Assembly: GCA_013265495.1 (NCBI GenBank) | Contig: MU058718.1 | Span: 3,734,081-3,798,080 of the forward strand | DNA length: 64,000 nt | Origin: Vicugna vicugna | Taxonomy: Eukaryota | Direction: 5' to 3' | Shown: one piece after another, positions 39,029 through 54,580 of the stretch | Layout: every line of letters starts with the position of its first letter | Numbering within the stretch: the stretch's first letter is position 1 | Notes under the pieces: generated by a model | Seen by the model: only the letters and a program-made list of their open reading frames with translations | What the model was told of the DNA's origin: nothing | The model's database searches: none | Translations under genes and position numbers: made by a program

Positions 39029-40095
39029 TAAGGAAAACTCAGTATCTGCATGGCTTTCTTCCATTCATTTTTCCCTCTGGCTGTAACATAATACTATATT
39101 ATTAAATTACGATAATCATTTTAAGGAACTAAGTATTAGATAAAGCAGAGCTACAGTAATTATGTATTTAAAAATTAAGAGCATAAAGTGCATTTTAAAA
39201 ATAAAGTTTACATTTTAAAGGTAACACTTTTTATATCTAGAATGCCAGACAATTTTTTGTGGGGAAGATGGGGGAGAAAGAAACATCTTAAATGACCTTT
39301 CAAAGCAGAACTTGTACAGATTAGACCAGAGAGGCATAAACTAAGTAGGATAATTTACAAAAGTTATTGCCAGAGGAAACTTAATGGTACAATAGCCCAG
39401 CTTATTACAAAGGCATATAGGTATTTGGTTTAAAAAGTGGAGAATCAAATACACCGCCTTCTTTTTTTACTGCCCTCAACTGAGAGGTACCATATCATTT
39501 TGGTGTTGCCAGAAATGTAAGGTTTTGGAGAATATACACTTGAGGTGGGTGACTGTGATTGGCCTCTGGTGAGAGTATTGTCCAGACTGGCCAAGTGGAT
39601 TTCTCCATATGTACACAGGAAATGCTATTTCATCACATAAGGGTACCAAACCACAGAGGCTTTTCAGAGCTGGGGAAGAATGCTGGCATAGAGGACTCCC
39701 ATCCTTTGCCCCTTTAGAATAATCCCAAAGTACCACACAGCCTCTCCTATAAAAACTATGGGAATCTAGAAAGCAGAAGATAATAACTAAGCATCTGATT
39801 ACACTGATTAAATGAAAGTCTGGAATATCATGCCTAAAAGGCAGCTGGTCCAGGGATTAGATCCTTTCATTAGAATCATTTACTAACATTATTTGAATGC
39901 ACAATCTTTTTTGAGGAAGGATGAGATGTTATTTACAGGAGAATTTTTAAACGATCTCAAAAAAATTACTTACTCAATATCAAAGTTCAAAATCAGTCCT
40001 TTTTTAGAAATCCTAAACTGGTATTGAACAGTGCCATGTCACTAACTTAGAAAGTAACTGGCTAGGTTATGACACATGCCTAAAGAAGCAATTGT

Positions 40096-40378
40096 CCACA
40101 GACATAGAAAACAAACTTTGGTTACTAGGGGGAAGGGGGTGGGAAGGGATAAGCTGGGAGTTTGAGATTTGCAGATATTAATATATTAAAAAATAGGTAA
40201 ACTACAAGTTTATAGTATATAGCACAGGGAACTCTATTTAATATCTTGTAGTAACTTATGGTGAAAAAGAACACGGAAAAACAAATGTATGTATGGTCCT
40301 ATATGACTGAAACATTGTACTATACAAAAATTGACACAGCATTGTAAACTGACTATACTTCAATAAAAATATTTTTAA
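40096..40378 (+). mobile_element. 5'-truncated L1 3' UTR with 14-bp TSD
   Basis: cacagacatagaaaacaaact...gggaagggataagctgggagtttgagattt...gactatacttcaataaaa. TSD aaagaag(c/a)aattgt at 40082-40095 and 40379-40392. Confidence 0.85.
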
Positions 40379-41389
40379 AAAGAAGAAATTGTATTTACTC
40401 TAAGAAACATCTAACAATTATTCGGTATATTGCCTCTTTGTCATAAATGGTTGGTGTGATGTACTAGAAACATATTTGGGAGTAATGCTTAATGTGAACT
40501 CTCAATGTTATTTGTCAGCATCACAGATTACCCTGCTCTATCAGCCTTTGCTATCTGTTAAATTGTACAGGGTTCTTATTGCAAAGAAAAATAATATACT
40601 GAAAGCAAAATTTTCTATAAAATATGCAGAGGGAAACTATCAGAGAAACAATAGGTTTTGCTATGTAACCAAGAATAACATGAATTGAAAGAGAGCAGAG
40701 GGTATGACAGAGATGTGAACTACCTTTTGGGAATATCTAATCTTTTACTTTTGGGGGATTTAAATGCTGCTTGGAGAGTGGAAGGAGCACTGAGTCCAAT
40801 CAGAGATCAGATTTCTATTCCCACTCTGCCACTAATTAGCCACATGAGTTTAGGTAAGTCAACTTGTTTTTAGAAAAATTTTTCTCATCCATAAAATATT
40901 AAGGATAAATTAGATGTCACTGAGGTCTCTCTCAGATCTAAAACAGAATTCTATGAGTTATCATCAGGTAGTTCCTCGTAGTTCTTAGCTATGAAGTGAT
41001 CCACAGGGAAAAAATCTGGCATACAACTGATATCATACTAACAATTATTAAATCCCTGCCTATAAGACTTCAATTTCACATTTTGGGTCATTTTTAAACC
41101 AAAGGTTCTTTCTCCACTCTAATTTGTCATATATTTTCACATATACAGAGTTGACAGCAAGTAGATTTATTGAAACAAAGGTCTTTGAAAACTGAATTCT
41201 AAAGAATATAATCATACAGGGCTAGAATAAGAAACTTGGAAATGGGACAACCTCCATTTGGTTATGTTTTTAAACCTTTCTGAACTGTTACATTTCCAAG
41301 CAGAAGAAGACCCAACAAAATCCTAAAGTTCTCCTATACATGCCCCCAAAATTACTATATACACAAAAAAAGACTGTAAATATTGCTAC

Positions 41390-41440
41390 CTGGAGATGCT
41401 GAAGATCATCCTCTTGGACATTTTGAGATAAGTTATATAC
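41390..41440 (-). CDS. ATL1: ATL1 exon 5
   Basis: atcaag|GTA...CAG|gtagca; 51 nt; VYNLSQNVQEDDLQHLQ. Confidence 0.95.
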
Positions 41441-41599
41441 CTTGATTAAGAAACCAGATCAAAATGAGAAAATAATTAGTAGCATCCTAAGCACTTATTT
41501 TGTCATTCTCTATTTTTCTAAATATTAATGATCACAAAATCAAACTCTCTCATATATATTCTTGTATAATGATATTAATAAGACATTGAGAGAGGAGTA

Positions 41600-41996
41600 A
41601 ATAAAATCAGAAATAAAAGGATAAATTACAACTGATACCATAGAAATACAAAAGATCATGAGGCTGTTATGAGCAGTTATATGTCAACAAATTGGTAAAC
41701 CTACAAGAAATGGATACATTTCTAGAAACATACAATATTCCAAGACTGAACTGTGAAGGAAAAAAATCTGAATAAACCAATTACTAATAAGGGATTGAAA
41801 CAGGAATCAAAAAGTTCCCCCAAAATAAAAGCCAAGGACCAGATGGTTTCATTGGCAATTCCTATAAAATATTCAAAGAAGATTTAATAACTATCTTTCT
41901 AAAAATATTCCAAAAAATTGAAGAGGAGGAAAACCTTCCAAACACATTTTATGAAGCCAGAATTATCATGATGTCAAAACCAGAGCTGGAAACCAC

Positions 41997-42037
<41 letters not shown>

Positions 42038-44575
42038 AGAGAGAGAAATAAGAAAAGAAAAAAAAAGAAAGAAAGAAAAGAAAAATACAGACCAATATCC
42101 TTGATGAACACACATGCAAAATCCTCAACAAAATATTAGCAAACTGAATCCAACAATACAGTAAAAGGATCACACACCACCATCAAGTGGAATTTATTCC
42201 AGGGATGCAAGGATGGTTTAACACCTGTAACTCAATCAATATAATATATCATATTAACAAAATGAAGAATAAAAACCATATGATGCAGAAAAAGCATCTG
42301 ACAAAATTCAACATTCATTTATGATAAAAACTCTCAACAAAGTGTGTATAGAGAGAATATACCTCAACATAATAAAGACCATATATGACAAACTCAGATC
42401 TGACATCATACTCAATGGCAAAAAGCTGAAAGCTTTTTCTCTAAGATTAGGAACAAGACAAGGATGCCTACTCACACCACTTTTATTCAACATTGTATTT
42501 GAAGTCCTAGCTATAGAAGTTAGGCCAGAAAAAGAAATAAAAAGATTTCAAATTGGAAAAGAAGAAGTAAAACTGTCACTATTTGCTATTTCATGATACT
42601 ATATATAGAAAACCCTAAAGACTCCACCAAAAAAAAAAAAACAAACCCCAAAACCCTGTTAGAACTAATAAATGAATTTAGTAAAGTCACAGGATACAAA
42701 ACCAATAGATAGGAGTCTGTGGCGTTTCTATATGCTAATAAGAAACTATCAGAAATAGAAATTAAATAAACAATCGTACTTATAATTGCACCAAAAAGAA
42801 TAAAATATCTAGGAATAAATTTGACCCAGGAGGTGAAAAGATTTGTACACTGTAAACTATAAGCCACCAATATAAAGAAGACACATTAAAAAATGGAAGG
42901 ATAGTCAGTGCTCATGGAACAGAAGAATTAGTATTGTTAAAATGTCCATACTACCCAAGCAATCTACAGATTCAATAAAATCCCTATCAAAATGCCAATG
43001 GTATATTTTGAAGAACTACAAAAAATAATTCTAAAATTCCTATGGAACCATACACACACAAAAACAACCAAAATAGCCAAAACAATCTTGAGAAAGAATA
43101 AAGCTGGAGGTGTCACACACACCATGATTTTAAACTATGCCACAAAGCTACAGTAATCAAAATAGTAAGGTACTGGCACAAAAATAGACCTATAAATCAA
43201 TGGAATAGAATTGAGAGCCCAGAAATAAACCTATATGTACAAGGACAATTAATTTATGACAAATAAGCAAAGAACATACAATGGAGAACGGACAGTCTCT
43301 TCAATAAATGTTCTGGGAAAACTGGACAGCCACATGCAAAAGAATGAAACAAGACCACTATCTTACACTCTACACAAAAATTAACTCAAAGTGGGTTAAA
43401 GACTTGAATGTAAGACCTGAAACTATAAAATTCCTAGAAGAAAACATGGGTACTAATCTCACTGACATCCATCTTAGTGATGTTTTTGTGAATCTGATTT
43501 GAAAGGTAAGAAAAATAAAAGCTAAAATAAACAAATGAGACTACATCAAACCGAAAAGCTTTTGCACAGCAAAGGAAATCATCAACAAAATGTAAAGGCA
43601 ACCTACTGAATGGGAGAAGATATCTGTAAATCATACATCCAATAAGGGGTTAATATCCAAAATATATAAAGAACTCATGCAACTCAATATCAAAAAAAAA
43701 CCCCACCCAATCAAAAAATGGGCAAAAGACCTAAACAGACATTTTCCTAAAGAAGACATACAGATGGCCAATGCGCACATGAAAAGATGTTCAACGTCAC
43801 TAAACATCAGGGAAATGCAAGTCAAAACCACAAAAGATACTGTCTCACATCTATTAGAATGGCTATTATTAAAAAGATAAGGAATAATAAATGTTGGAGA
43901 GGATGTGGAGAAAAGGGAACTCTCATTCACTGTTGGTAAGACTGTAAATTCGTGCAGCCACTAGGGAAAACAGTATAGAGATCCCTCAAAAAATTAAGGA
44001 CAGAACTACCATATGATCCAGCAATTCCACTTCTGGATATTTATCTGAGGAAGACAAAAACACTATTCCAAAAAATATATGCACCCCTATGTTCAATGAA
44101 GCATTTTCTACAATAGCTAAGGTATGGAAACATCCTAAGTGTTCATCAATGAATAAATGGATAAAGAAGATGTAATACACACACATATATCACACACATA
44201 CACACATAATGGAATACTACTCAGCCATAGAAAAGAAGGAAATCTTGCCTTTGTGACAAAATGGATGGACCTTGAGGATATAATGCTAAGTGAAATAAAG
44301 CACACAGATAAAGACAAATACCATATGATTTCACTCACATGAGGAATCTAAGAACAAAATGAACAAATGAAATAAAACAAAAATGAACTCATAGATACAG
44401 AGATCAGATTAATGGTTACCTGGGGGGAAAGGGCTGGGGGCTGGGCAAAATGGGCAAGGTGGGTAACTGTATGGTGATGGATGGTAACTAGACTTGTGGC
44501 GGTGACCACTCTGTAATGCATACAGATGTTGAACTATAATGCTGTACACCTGAAACTTCTGTGATAATTTTTTAA
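41600..44575 (+). mobile_element. About 3 kb 5'-truncated LINE-1 (disrupted ORF2 RT and C-terminus plus 3' UTR) in ATL1 intron 4
   Basis: ORF-track fragments match L1 ORF2: [10 protein letters not shown]...[36 protein letters not shown]...[51 protein letters not shown]. Many stops and frameshifts, and an internal A37 run at 41998-42034. Confidence 0.95.
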
Positions 44576-45472
44576 AAATCTAGTCAATCATTGGTTATAA
44601 TATGCCTTTTATTGTAAAGTCTTTTATTTAAACAAAAAAAAATCGGTCTTTCTTCTACCCACTCTTTCATTGTCCTAACCACGCATGATGCCCTGGTTGG
44701 CGTTTCACTACTTCCATTCTGTCTACTTGCTTGTAACTTCAGACTTGACTTACTTACTCATTGTAACCACTTTTCCTTTCCTATCTTTTAAAATTATTTT
44801 ACCTTTCTTTAGCGGTCTGTTTCTTGATCACTATCTCTTCTTGTTCTTTCCAGTGAACAGAAAACATCTAAAACTTGTCTTAAAAATTTTACATTATGTG
44901 TTCTATGATCATAATAATACTCTCAAGGACTTTTAGGACAATTTATAAAGCCTACAGTAACCTCAAAAACAATACTTTAAAAAAGAGAGAAAGAAAAAAG
45001 GAAAAAAGGGAAATGTCTTCTCTTAAAACATTTACTTTCTTAAATGAATATTCAGGCATTTAAAAAAGCTGTGAACACATATAAATGTTTTCACATTGGG
45101 AAATGTTTCTACTGGCTATGTAAAACAAAATTTGCACTTATAAATCATGTTTCATTATATGTAACTTATAACAGGTGGTCCCAACATATCTGCATACATT
45201 ATAAAATTGAATATTATTAGGTTTATTGTAGGCTTTAAACAGAAAAAAAATCAATAAGATAATATAACTTCTTCTGACTAAAGTAGGCAATTTGAAAACT
45301 GATAAAAGGTAGATTATACTAACAAAAACAATTCTACTCTTATAGAAGTCATAAGAACTGGTATGCTAATTGAGCTAAGTAATATATACAATTTACCATT
45401 TCTGTTGTCTCATTACCACATGTATGTAGGAATACATATATTCATAAATTTTAGTTAAAGAAACACCCATCA

Positions 45473-45601
<129 letters not shown>

Positions 45602-46041
45602 CTATAGGCAAGTAGAGTACATCATTAACATTTTTTAGAACATGTAGGGTATTAGGCTTACCACAAGGTTAACCCCATAAGAAGCAAACCATTAACAATG
45701 AATGCTTAACAGGTAATTTTTCATATGTGCCATGAATGCCACAGAAAATAAAGATACTAATTAGTTGCTGAATATTGTTATGGTTTTCACTGGTAATCCA
45801 ACATATAGAAACAGCATTGAAACAAAGTGCAGATAGATGTTAGCTAGCTGATCTGCCATTCTATTGCCTCTACGATTTTGCTTACTGTGATCACTAGAAA
45901 GGGAAACAGGGAACATGCAATAGGATGCTACCTACTCCCCTTTTAAACTTACATTAAATGGCCAAAGTCAGTTTTCAAAAAGAGGATTTTCAATGGTCCT
46001 GAAAAGCGGTAACTGTTGGCAGGTGAAATTTGCTTGCATCA

Positions 46042-46179
<138 letters not shown>

Positions 46180-46329
46180 CTATAAATTAAGAAAGTCTGT
46201 GATATTGAACTAGATACGTAGTACAGGTTTTTCCATTCATCCATTCCGGTTTGTATCCCTCTCCAACTCTAGTCAAAAGGAAACAACATAATGCACAGAT
46301 GCTATTATATTGATACAATTACTTTATTT

Positions 46330-46760
46330 ACTCATCCAAAAAATAATTACGGAGGAGTAACCATCTGTCATATTATGCTAGGTCCTGGCATAGGCATCAT
46401 TCCAGATGAGAGGAAGCTCACAGCCTAACAGGGAGACAGACACGCTAACAGACCATTATGACGCAATACATGCAAGCCAAAACGGGTGTGTATATCAGAC
46501 ATACATGGAAGTGTAGGAAAAGAAACAACTAACTCTTATTCAGTTAAGATTTCATAGGAGAGGTGATGTTTAAGCTAAGACTTGAGGGATGTTTAGGAAT
46601 CTTCCTAACTCAGGGAGGGCATTCCAGATACAAACAAAGAAAGGTATGAGAGAGCACATTATGCCAGGATATACACAATAATAATACACACAAATGCTTT
46701 GGTACTGGGGGAGGTGGGAGTGAATACACCAAGAGGAGAGGCACCTGGTAGTAGGTGCAG
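46330..46760. mobile_element. L2 fragment
   Basis: atgctaggtcctgg...gaagctcacagcctaacagggagacagac...aggaggtgatgtttaagctaagacttgaggg. Confidence 0.55.
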
Positions 46761-47967
46761 AAGAACAAAAATAGAACAAATCTGTTATACTTTCATCTGA
46801 GCAAATGCTATTTAACTCAAGCAACACGACAAGCATTATTGAGTATTTCATTCTAATCTCTATTTCACAAAATTAATGATTCATAAAATTATAAATATGC
46901 CTAAAGCGATACAATCCCAGAGAATGGAAAGTATGCTAATTCTGTTCATTTTCCCTATGTTAAGCACATATTAATACTGGTATGCTAAAAATAGAAAATG
47001 GTAAGAGTTCTGTTTGCTCTCAAAGCCTGAAAATATTTTGGTAGCTCTGTTCTTGATTTGTTTGGACTGAGGCTAGAGCTAGAAGATGTTAAAGTTAACA
47101 TTGCAAAATTGTTTAAAAATGTCCTACCTATAAAATATCAATCCAAAATGGATAAGTATGGGATAAATACATACTATAAAGTTTCTTTGGCTAGTGTGTC
47201 CATTCTGCCTCAATATCCACATCTACATCAGAATTGCTATAGGTAAAAGAGAAGGAAAAATACTGCTATGTTATATCTAAACCCCCTGTTCCCCAGCTCT
47301 AATCTCCTACCTGTCCTTCTGCTTTTAATTTAGCCCAGGTCTCTTAAAGTCTCACATCTGTGCCACACTGTTGTCTCAAATGTTATGACACTGTTGGCTG
47401 CCTCTGGGTATAGGATAAGGGTGGGAACTGAGTGTAAAAAGATAACAGAACTTTGTGGGTAACAGCAAGATATATTTTATAGGATTTGGGGCTACCCAGA
47501 TATTTACATTTTTCAATAAATAAATAAATGTACATTTAAGATTTGTGCATGTAACTGTATATAAAATTTATAACAAAAAACCTAAATAAATACTGAAAAA
47601 TATCATAATATATATGGAAATACTTATAGGGAAGATACGGAAGTGTACTGAAGTCAGCAATTTACTTTGAAATGAATCAAAAAATAAGATGGAGTAATAG
47701 ATGAAAAGAGGGAAAATAGCTGGAGACACGTGATATAGCAAGAATATTAGTTGAAGGTGGAATCTAGGTAGTGGATATTCAAGCTTTGTACAATTCTTTT
47801 AGCTTTGCTGCATGCTTGGAAAATGTCATAATAATGTTGAGGAAAATTTATTACAATACAAAAGTTATGAAAAAAGCTACTTGATATTTTAAACACTGTA
47901 ACATGTAAAGTTTATAATCATATCACTGTCTGTGTCTATTTTTAAAGGAGTTTTAAAAAATAAGTTA

Positions 47968-48492
<525 letters not shown>

Positions 48493-48669
48493 TCAACTCT
48501 CTGTTTTCAGTTTTCTATTTAATTGTCAGAAATATTGTTTTTGACAGAGGTCTACTTTTAGAAATCATCCCTAACATACAAGAATGTTAGAAACCCAGAC
48601 CTTAATATCTGTAGTATATTACAAAGCAACTCCAGTGTGTCAAGTGACACATTCTTATATCTACAGCCT

Positions 48670-49030
48670 TTGTATTGTAACTTTGGAATGTCCTCCCACT
48701 TTGACTCCTGGGTTAGTCATGTGATTTGCTATAGCAGACATGACACAGCAGAGGCTTGAAAAAGCACTTGTGTGTTTCTATTTTGCTCTTTTGCCACTGT
48801 CATTCATCATGAGAATATTCCCAGACTAGTCTGTTGCAGGATGAGAGACCAGTTCCAGCCAAAGCCTGTAGCAAGCCAACCCCCAGCTATGTGAAGGAGT
48901 CCAGCCAAGATCAATAGAGCTGTCATAATAACCATTTCAACATGTGATCAATAAATACTATTGTTCTATGCCCCTGAGGTTTTGTGATTGTTTATTATGT
49001 ACCATAACAGGCAATAAATAACTGATACAG
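48670..49030 (+). mobile_element. MaLR LTR fragment (MLT1-like)
   Basis: tcatgtgatttgct...gcagaggcttgaaaaagcacttg...ccagccaagatca...aataaa...ctgaggttttgtgattgtttattatg...aataaataactgataca. Confidence 0.7.
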
Positions 49031-49049
49031 CCTACAACCGCTTCCTTTA

Positions 49050-49250
49050 GAAAGGCAGTATAGTATAGTGGTTAAAACACAGGTTCTGGAAACAGACTGC
49101 GGAGATTCAAATCAAGGCCTCCCCATTTCTTACTTGAATAACCTTTAGCAAGTTATTTAACCTCTCCGTATCTACCTCATAAGGTTGTTGTAAATTAATA
49201 AATGCATGTAACACACTTAGAACACTGGCTGGTATATAATAAATGCTATT
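49050..49250 (+). mobile_element. MIR SINE
   Basis: gcagtatagtatagtggttaa...ctggaaacagactgc...caagttatttaacctctc...tacctcataaggttgttgt. Confidence 0.7.
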
Positions 49251-50139
49251 AGTATTGTTACAGATTTAGGAAACTAAAGCCAAACATGTAACTGACCTTG
49301 TCCAAGTAAAATAAATGGAATTTCTATATCAGGATGTTCTCTTGTGTTATATATTTATTCCTTTTAATATTCCAGCAGGGTATATATTATTATCTGTATT
49401 TTTGACACATGAGGAAGTTAAAAATTGAATTAAGTAATTTTCTCAAGATACCCACTAGAGTTCATACAGTAACTGTCAATTTGGGATTTGATCTCAGGTA
49501 ACTAAACTACTTCCATCCCAGATCTTTCTACTATAATATTCTGTCTCTTTAGTGGAAATTAAATAACTCTTGGACAACACATAAATGGGCTCATTTGCTT
49601 TGTATCAAAAGGACAGAAAGACGAAACATACACCAGTTAATTCCTCAGATCAGATATGTGATCTAGCCTCAAATCAACCCTTAATAATATTAATTTTGAA
49701 ACAAACTGGGCTCTTAAATAAGCTTTAATCTAAATTTTTGAAAATATATTTAAATAGACATTCTTCATGTGTCTATTTGATACAAAGTTTTATAACTAGA
49801 GAAAAACAAGGCAATTATATATCTCTTGGGATAATTTTAAATGAATCTTCAGATCACATTGATGTACATGTATATACATGTATCACACTGATAACTACAT
49901 GTATATTACTGTTCATCTATAACATAGTGCTATTGAAATATTGCAAATCTAACACACAATTTTAGTTTTTCATTAGTGGAGATAGATACACACCAATACT
50001 TTATGAACAATTGTACAAAGCATCTAGACACAACAAAACCATTGCATTAGCCACAGATCAGGGTTGTTCTCTCTGTGAAGTTAAGAAAAATTGGTTTTAT
50101 ATCCCAAAGATAACAGCTTCTATACTGCCATATCACAGA

Positions 50140-50370
50140 TGCTGGAGTCAGAGTCTGTTTAAATCCCAGCTGCACAATTTACACATATATGAAGCTGTGG
50201 AAACTATTTAACCCCCCCAATGGCTCACTATCCTCCATCTGAAAAATGAGATTAAGAATGGTACCTATATCAGAGGCTTTGTGATAATTAAATGAAGCAA
50301 TGTTCATTAAATGAAGACCAAAGAGCCTTGACAAATGGTACATGTCTAATAATGGTGACCGTTATTATCT
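50140..50370 (+). mobile_element. MIR SINE
   Basis: ctggagtcaga...aaatcccagct...ctccatctgaaaaatgaga...gtacctat...gtgataattaaatga. Confidence 0.65.
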
Positions 50371-50649
50371 ATTATTACCTATTCATATTTGATTCCAGTA
50401 CTACTTGTCCACCTAATTTCAGCCTCAGCAAAAGGTCTTTTTTGAGGATAGCAAATAACACATTTTCTTTGGTAAACCTTCTTACTTATGGTGTAGCTAT
50501 AATCTAAGTACACAACTGATGTGAATCTAGGACCCTGGCTAGATAATATTTTGGACAGAAAAACATCTTTAGAGCTGAAAGCTAGGTCACAGCTTTCTAC
50601 AGACTGAAGTAATTCTCTACGATTGCTTGTAGCAAACTACATATATGCA

Positions 50650-53500
50650 AGAGGTACTCTAAATGGAATTTCTGGCTTGTAATTTTTTTCAAATATTCAA
50701 CTTTACAACATGTTTAGAATTTTTTTCTAAGTGGCTGTACCAAATTTTCACTCTCCACAACTCCCAGCAATTTATTAGACAGTCTATTGATCCATATTCT
50801 TGCCAACACCTGGTTTTGCTGACTTTTAAATTTTTGTCAATTGGGTAGGTATAAAATGAGTGAGTGGTATCTCACTGTAGTCTTGATGTATATTTTTCTA
50901 AATGCTTATGAAGTGAGCACATGCCTTTAGCTCATTTTTCCTACTAGGTTGTTAGTTAGTAAGAAAAAGCTCTAAAGTTCTAAAGAAAATATATAATCAA
51001 ATCCAGAGATAATAAATAAATATCACAACTACATAGTATTTATTATAGGAACTCAAGGTTAGTTTAACATTCAAAAAGCAAGCAATGTAATTGGCTACAT
51101 TAAGTAAAAGAGAAAACGATACGGTAATTTTAGTAGATTCATAGAAGCAAGAATGAAAATACAATACTTATTTCTGATTTTTAAAAAACTCTCAACAAAT
51201 TAGGAAAAGAAGAATTCCTTAATCTGATCAATGGTATCTACAAATACAGCTAGTATTACACTTATTTTTGAGATATAGTTTTCTCTGAAATTAGGGATCT
51301 GACATGGATGTCAACTATCACTACTTCTAATCAGTATTATACTGGAAGACTTAGCCAGTGCAATAGGCAAGAAGAATAACCAAAAATAAAAGAATTGGAA
51401 AATAAACAAGTATCATTATTCACAGATGAAAAGACTGAATGTGTAGAAAGTCCAGAAGAATATACAGATAACTATTAATGAATTTAGCTAAGGTTTTGGA
51501 TATGAAGTTGACTGGAGGGGAGGTAATTAGGTTTATTCACTTATTAATTTAATTTGTTTTTAATGGAAGTACTGGGGATTGAACCCAGGACCTTGTGCAT
51601 GCTAAGCACACATTGTACCACTGAGCTGTAACTTCCCTCTTGAAGCTGATTTTTAAAATATTTTTTATATACTTGCGGCAAACAATTACAAAATGAAATT
51701 TAGAATAACATGAATATATAGTCAACTGATATGTTCTGGGTCAACCGATTTTTTATAACAGTTCAATTGGGATATAATTCACATACCATATAATTCACCC
51801 ATTTAAAGTCAAAAGCCCATTTGATGGTTTTTAATATATTCAGAGTTGTGCAACTGTCACCATGATTAATTGTATAACATTGTGATCATTCCCCTAAAAT
51901 ACTCATACCTTTTGGCAGTCATCCCCATTCTCCCTTACCCATCTCTAGCCTTAGGCAACCACTACTCTATCAAAGATTTGCCTCTTCTGGGCATTTCATA
52001 TAAATGGAATCACACAATATGTCATCTTTTGTGACTGTTTTCTTTCATGTAGCATAATGTTTTCAAGGTTTATCCCTATTGTAGTATGTATCAGTACTTC
52101 ATTTTTTTAATGGCTAAAAGTATTCCATTGTATGGATATACATTTTGTTTATCCTTTCACCAGTTGATGGGCATTTGGGTTGTTTCCATTTTTGGCTATA
52201 ATGAATATTTATGAAGAAGTTTTTGTGTGGACATACGCTTTCATTTCTCTAGGATGGTCATCTGATTCGTGACAAAAATGCTACGGCAATTCAATAGAAA
52301 AAGTCTAGTCTTCACAACAAATGGTGCTGGAACAATTGGATATCTAAACACAAAAACGTAAACCTCAATATATCACACCCTATATAAAATATTAATTCAA
52401 AATGGATCATAAATCTAAAGGTAAAGTCAGAAAAATACAAAACATTAGTAAAAGAGGTATATACATGTTCTCAGACTAGAAGACTATTATAAACATGTCA
52501 ATGCTCTTCCCTGGATTCTTAGATTGGTTATAATAAATCAAATACTCAGCAATCTTTCTAGTACAAATTAACAAATTTCTTTCTTTCTTGTACAAATTCT
52601 TTTAATGAAGATTAACCAGCTCATATGGAAAGGCAAAGAGCCAAGAACACGAAGACAATCTTAAAGAAGGACAAAATTAGGGAATTTACGCTAACAGACA
52701 CCAACAAATATTTAAAATCTCCAGTAATTGAGGCAGGGCAATGTTGTCACAAGGATAAAGTAGACAAATAGAGAAGACTAGAGATTTCAGAAAAAGATCA
52801 CATATACACGATCACCTGACTTACAACAAGGTGCCACTGCAATAAATGAAGAAAGGATGATCTTAAACAAATGATGCTAATTCAACTGGATATTCATATA
52901 GGGAATCTTTATCCCTTGTACTCACCATAAATAAAAATTCCAAAATTAAAATATCTTAGATCTAAATGTGAAATAGGAAAAGTAGACAGAGGATATAAAC
53001 AAACAATTGAAAAAAAATGGTATCAAATGGTTATATATATGAAAAGATATTTATTCTCAGGCAAATAAAAAATGAAAAAATATATTGATACTTTTTTATA
53101 TATCAGATTTACAAAGATCCGAAGTGTGATAATTCCTTTCATTAGCTGGGATGTGAATCTGTATCCTCAGGCACTGCAGCTGGGAATTTAAATAGATACA
53201 GCATCTTCAGGCAGCAATTTGGCAATTAATTATCAAAAATACAAATATACATACTCCCTGACTGAGCAATGCTATTTCAAAGAAATGATCCTTCAGACAG
53301 ACTCATACACACGCAAGATACCAGAAGCAATGCTAATGGCCATCAACAAAGGACTGATTAATAAACTATAGTTCATTCATCTATGAAATATACGGTAGTT
53401 ATAAAGAATAAGGAAGCTAATTTGAAACAATTGTCAATATGTATTATGAAAAAATAATTCAAGGTATAAAACAGTGTGTATAGTATGATACCACTGGGGA
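50650..53500. mobile_element. Nested old L1M fragments in both orientations
   Basis: Degenerate + strand ORF2-like sequence (caaggttagtttaacatt, ggatgtcaactatcactacttcta, caacaaatggtgctggaacaattgg) interrupted by an antisense L1 3' piece at about 51750-52255. Confidence 0.7.
51512..51640 (-). mobile_element. tRNA-derived SINE (camelid Vic-1-like) nested in old L1
   Basis: The - strand reads agctcagtggtaca...gcttagcatgcacaaggtcctgggttcaatccccagtac; flanking tgaag(t/c)tga TSD. Confidence 0.85.
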
Positions 53501-54179
53501 AAAAGTGTGTAGGACAGTGTGTTTGGCATGTCTGAGGAACAGCAAGGAGTATGGTATGGATGGAGCAAGCTGGGAAGATTATGAAGGACCAGATTATACA
53601 AAGTGAGACAAACCAAGATCTAAAAGGACTTGGGACAGAATGGATGGATGTTGCGGGTGAGAGAAAGAGAAAACACATCAGTGGATGTTGGTATATGATT
53701 ATCCTTTCCTACTCTACCTTTATATACTAGGTGTGGATGAGATAGAGAACTTTGAACTTTTCAGATTATATATTCAAGGACTGAAGAGTTACCAATAGGC
53801 CTAATGATGAGGAGGGAGATTGTAAGTTTGACATAAGTATGCTGTAAAATAAAACAAATATCTGAGTCGTGACTTTAAAATAATGAGATAGTTTATGGGA
53901 AGAAGTCTCTTTATAATGTAAGCAAATTACCATATTAAATATTCCTTTTGGTAAGGAAACTTTAAAAAACTCAGAAATATTTTGTTATTAAATAGCAGAA
54001 TGAAACTGGAATAGAATAAGTTTGTGGAATATTTATAAATATATAATCATTAGCTTGTATCTCACCTAAAGCTAAGAAAGGCTTCCTATCTGAAACTTAT
54101 TGCTACTACCATCAATCTATACACATTATTTACGGTAATCAACATTTACATATAAAACTATTTAGATAAGCTACAACAC

Positions 54180-54580
54180 AGATGCCCATCAACTGATGAA
54201 TAGACCAACAAGATGTGGCATACCTATACAATGAAATGTCATTCAGCAATAAAAAATGCAGAACCAATACATGTCAAAACATGGATGAACTTTGAAAACA
54301 TAATGTTACATGAAAGAAGCTAGTCACAAAGGACCACATACTGTAGAATTCCACTTCTATAAAATATCCAGAATAGGCAAAGCTATAGAGATAGAAAGCA
54401 GATTATGGTTGCTTAGGATAGTGAGCAGGGGGGGATCAGGGGATGATGGCTAATGAAATGTTCTAAAATTGTGGTGATGACTGCACAGCTCTGAAAACAC
54501 TAAAATCCACTGAGTTGTACATCTTTATGTGCGTGAATTGTACGGTATATGAATTACATCTCAATGAACTTGTTAAAAAA
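54180..54580 (+). mobile_element. L1MB-like 3' end
   Basis: atgcccatcaactgatgaat...catggatgaactttgaaaacataatg...agtcacaaaggaccacatactgta...ggtatatgaattacatctcaat. Confidence 0.75.

Noticed and set aside
41949..44342. Cluster of ORFs suggesting a reverse-transcriptase system
   Set aside because: Fragments of one dead, 5'-truncated LINE-1 ORF2 with many stops and frameshifts; not an intact or novel RT.
49865..49882. 18-bp palindrome TACATGTATATACATGTA
   Set aside because: Low-complexity alternating purine-pyrimidine sequence that forms palindromes readily, deep in an intron.
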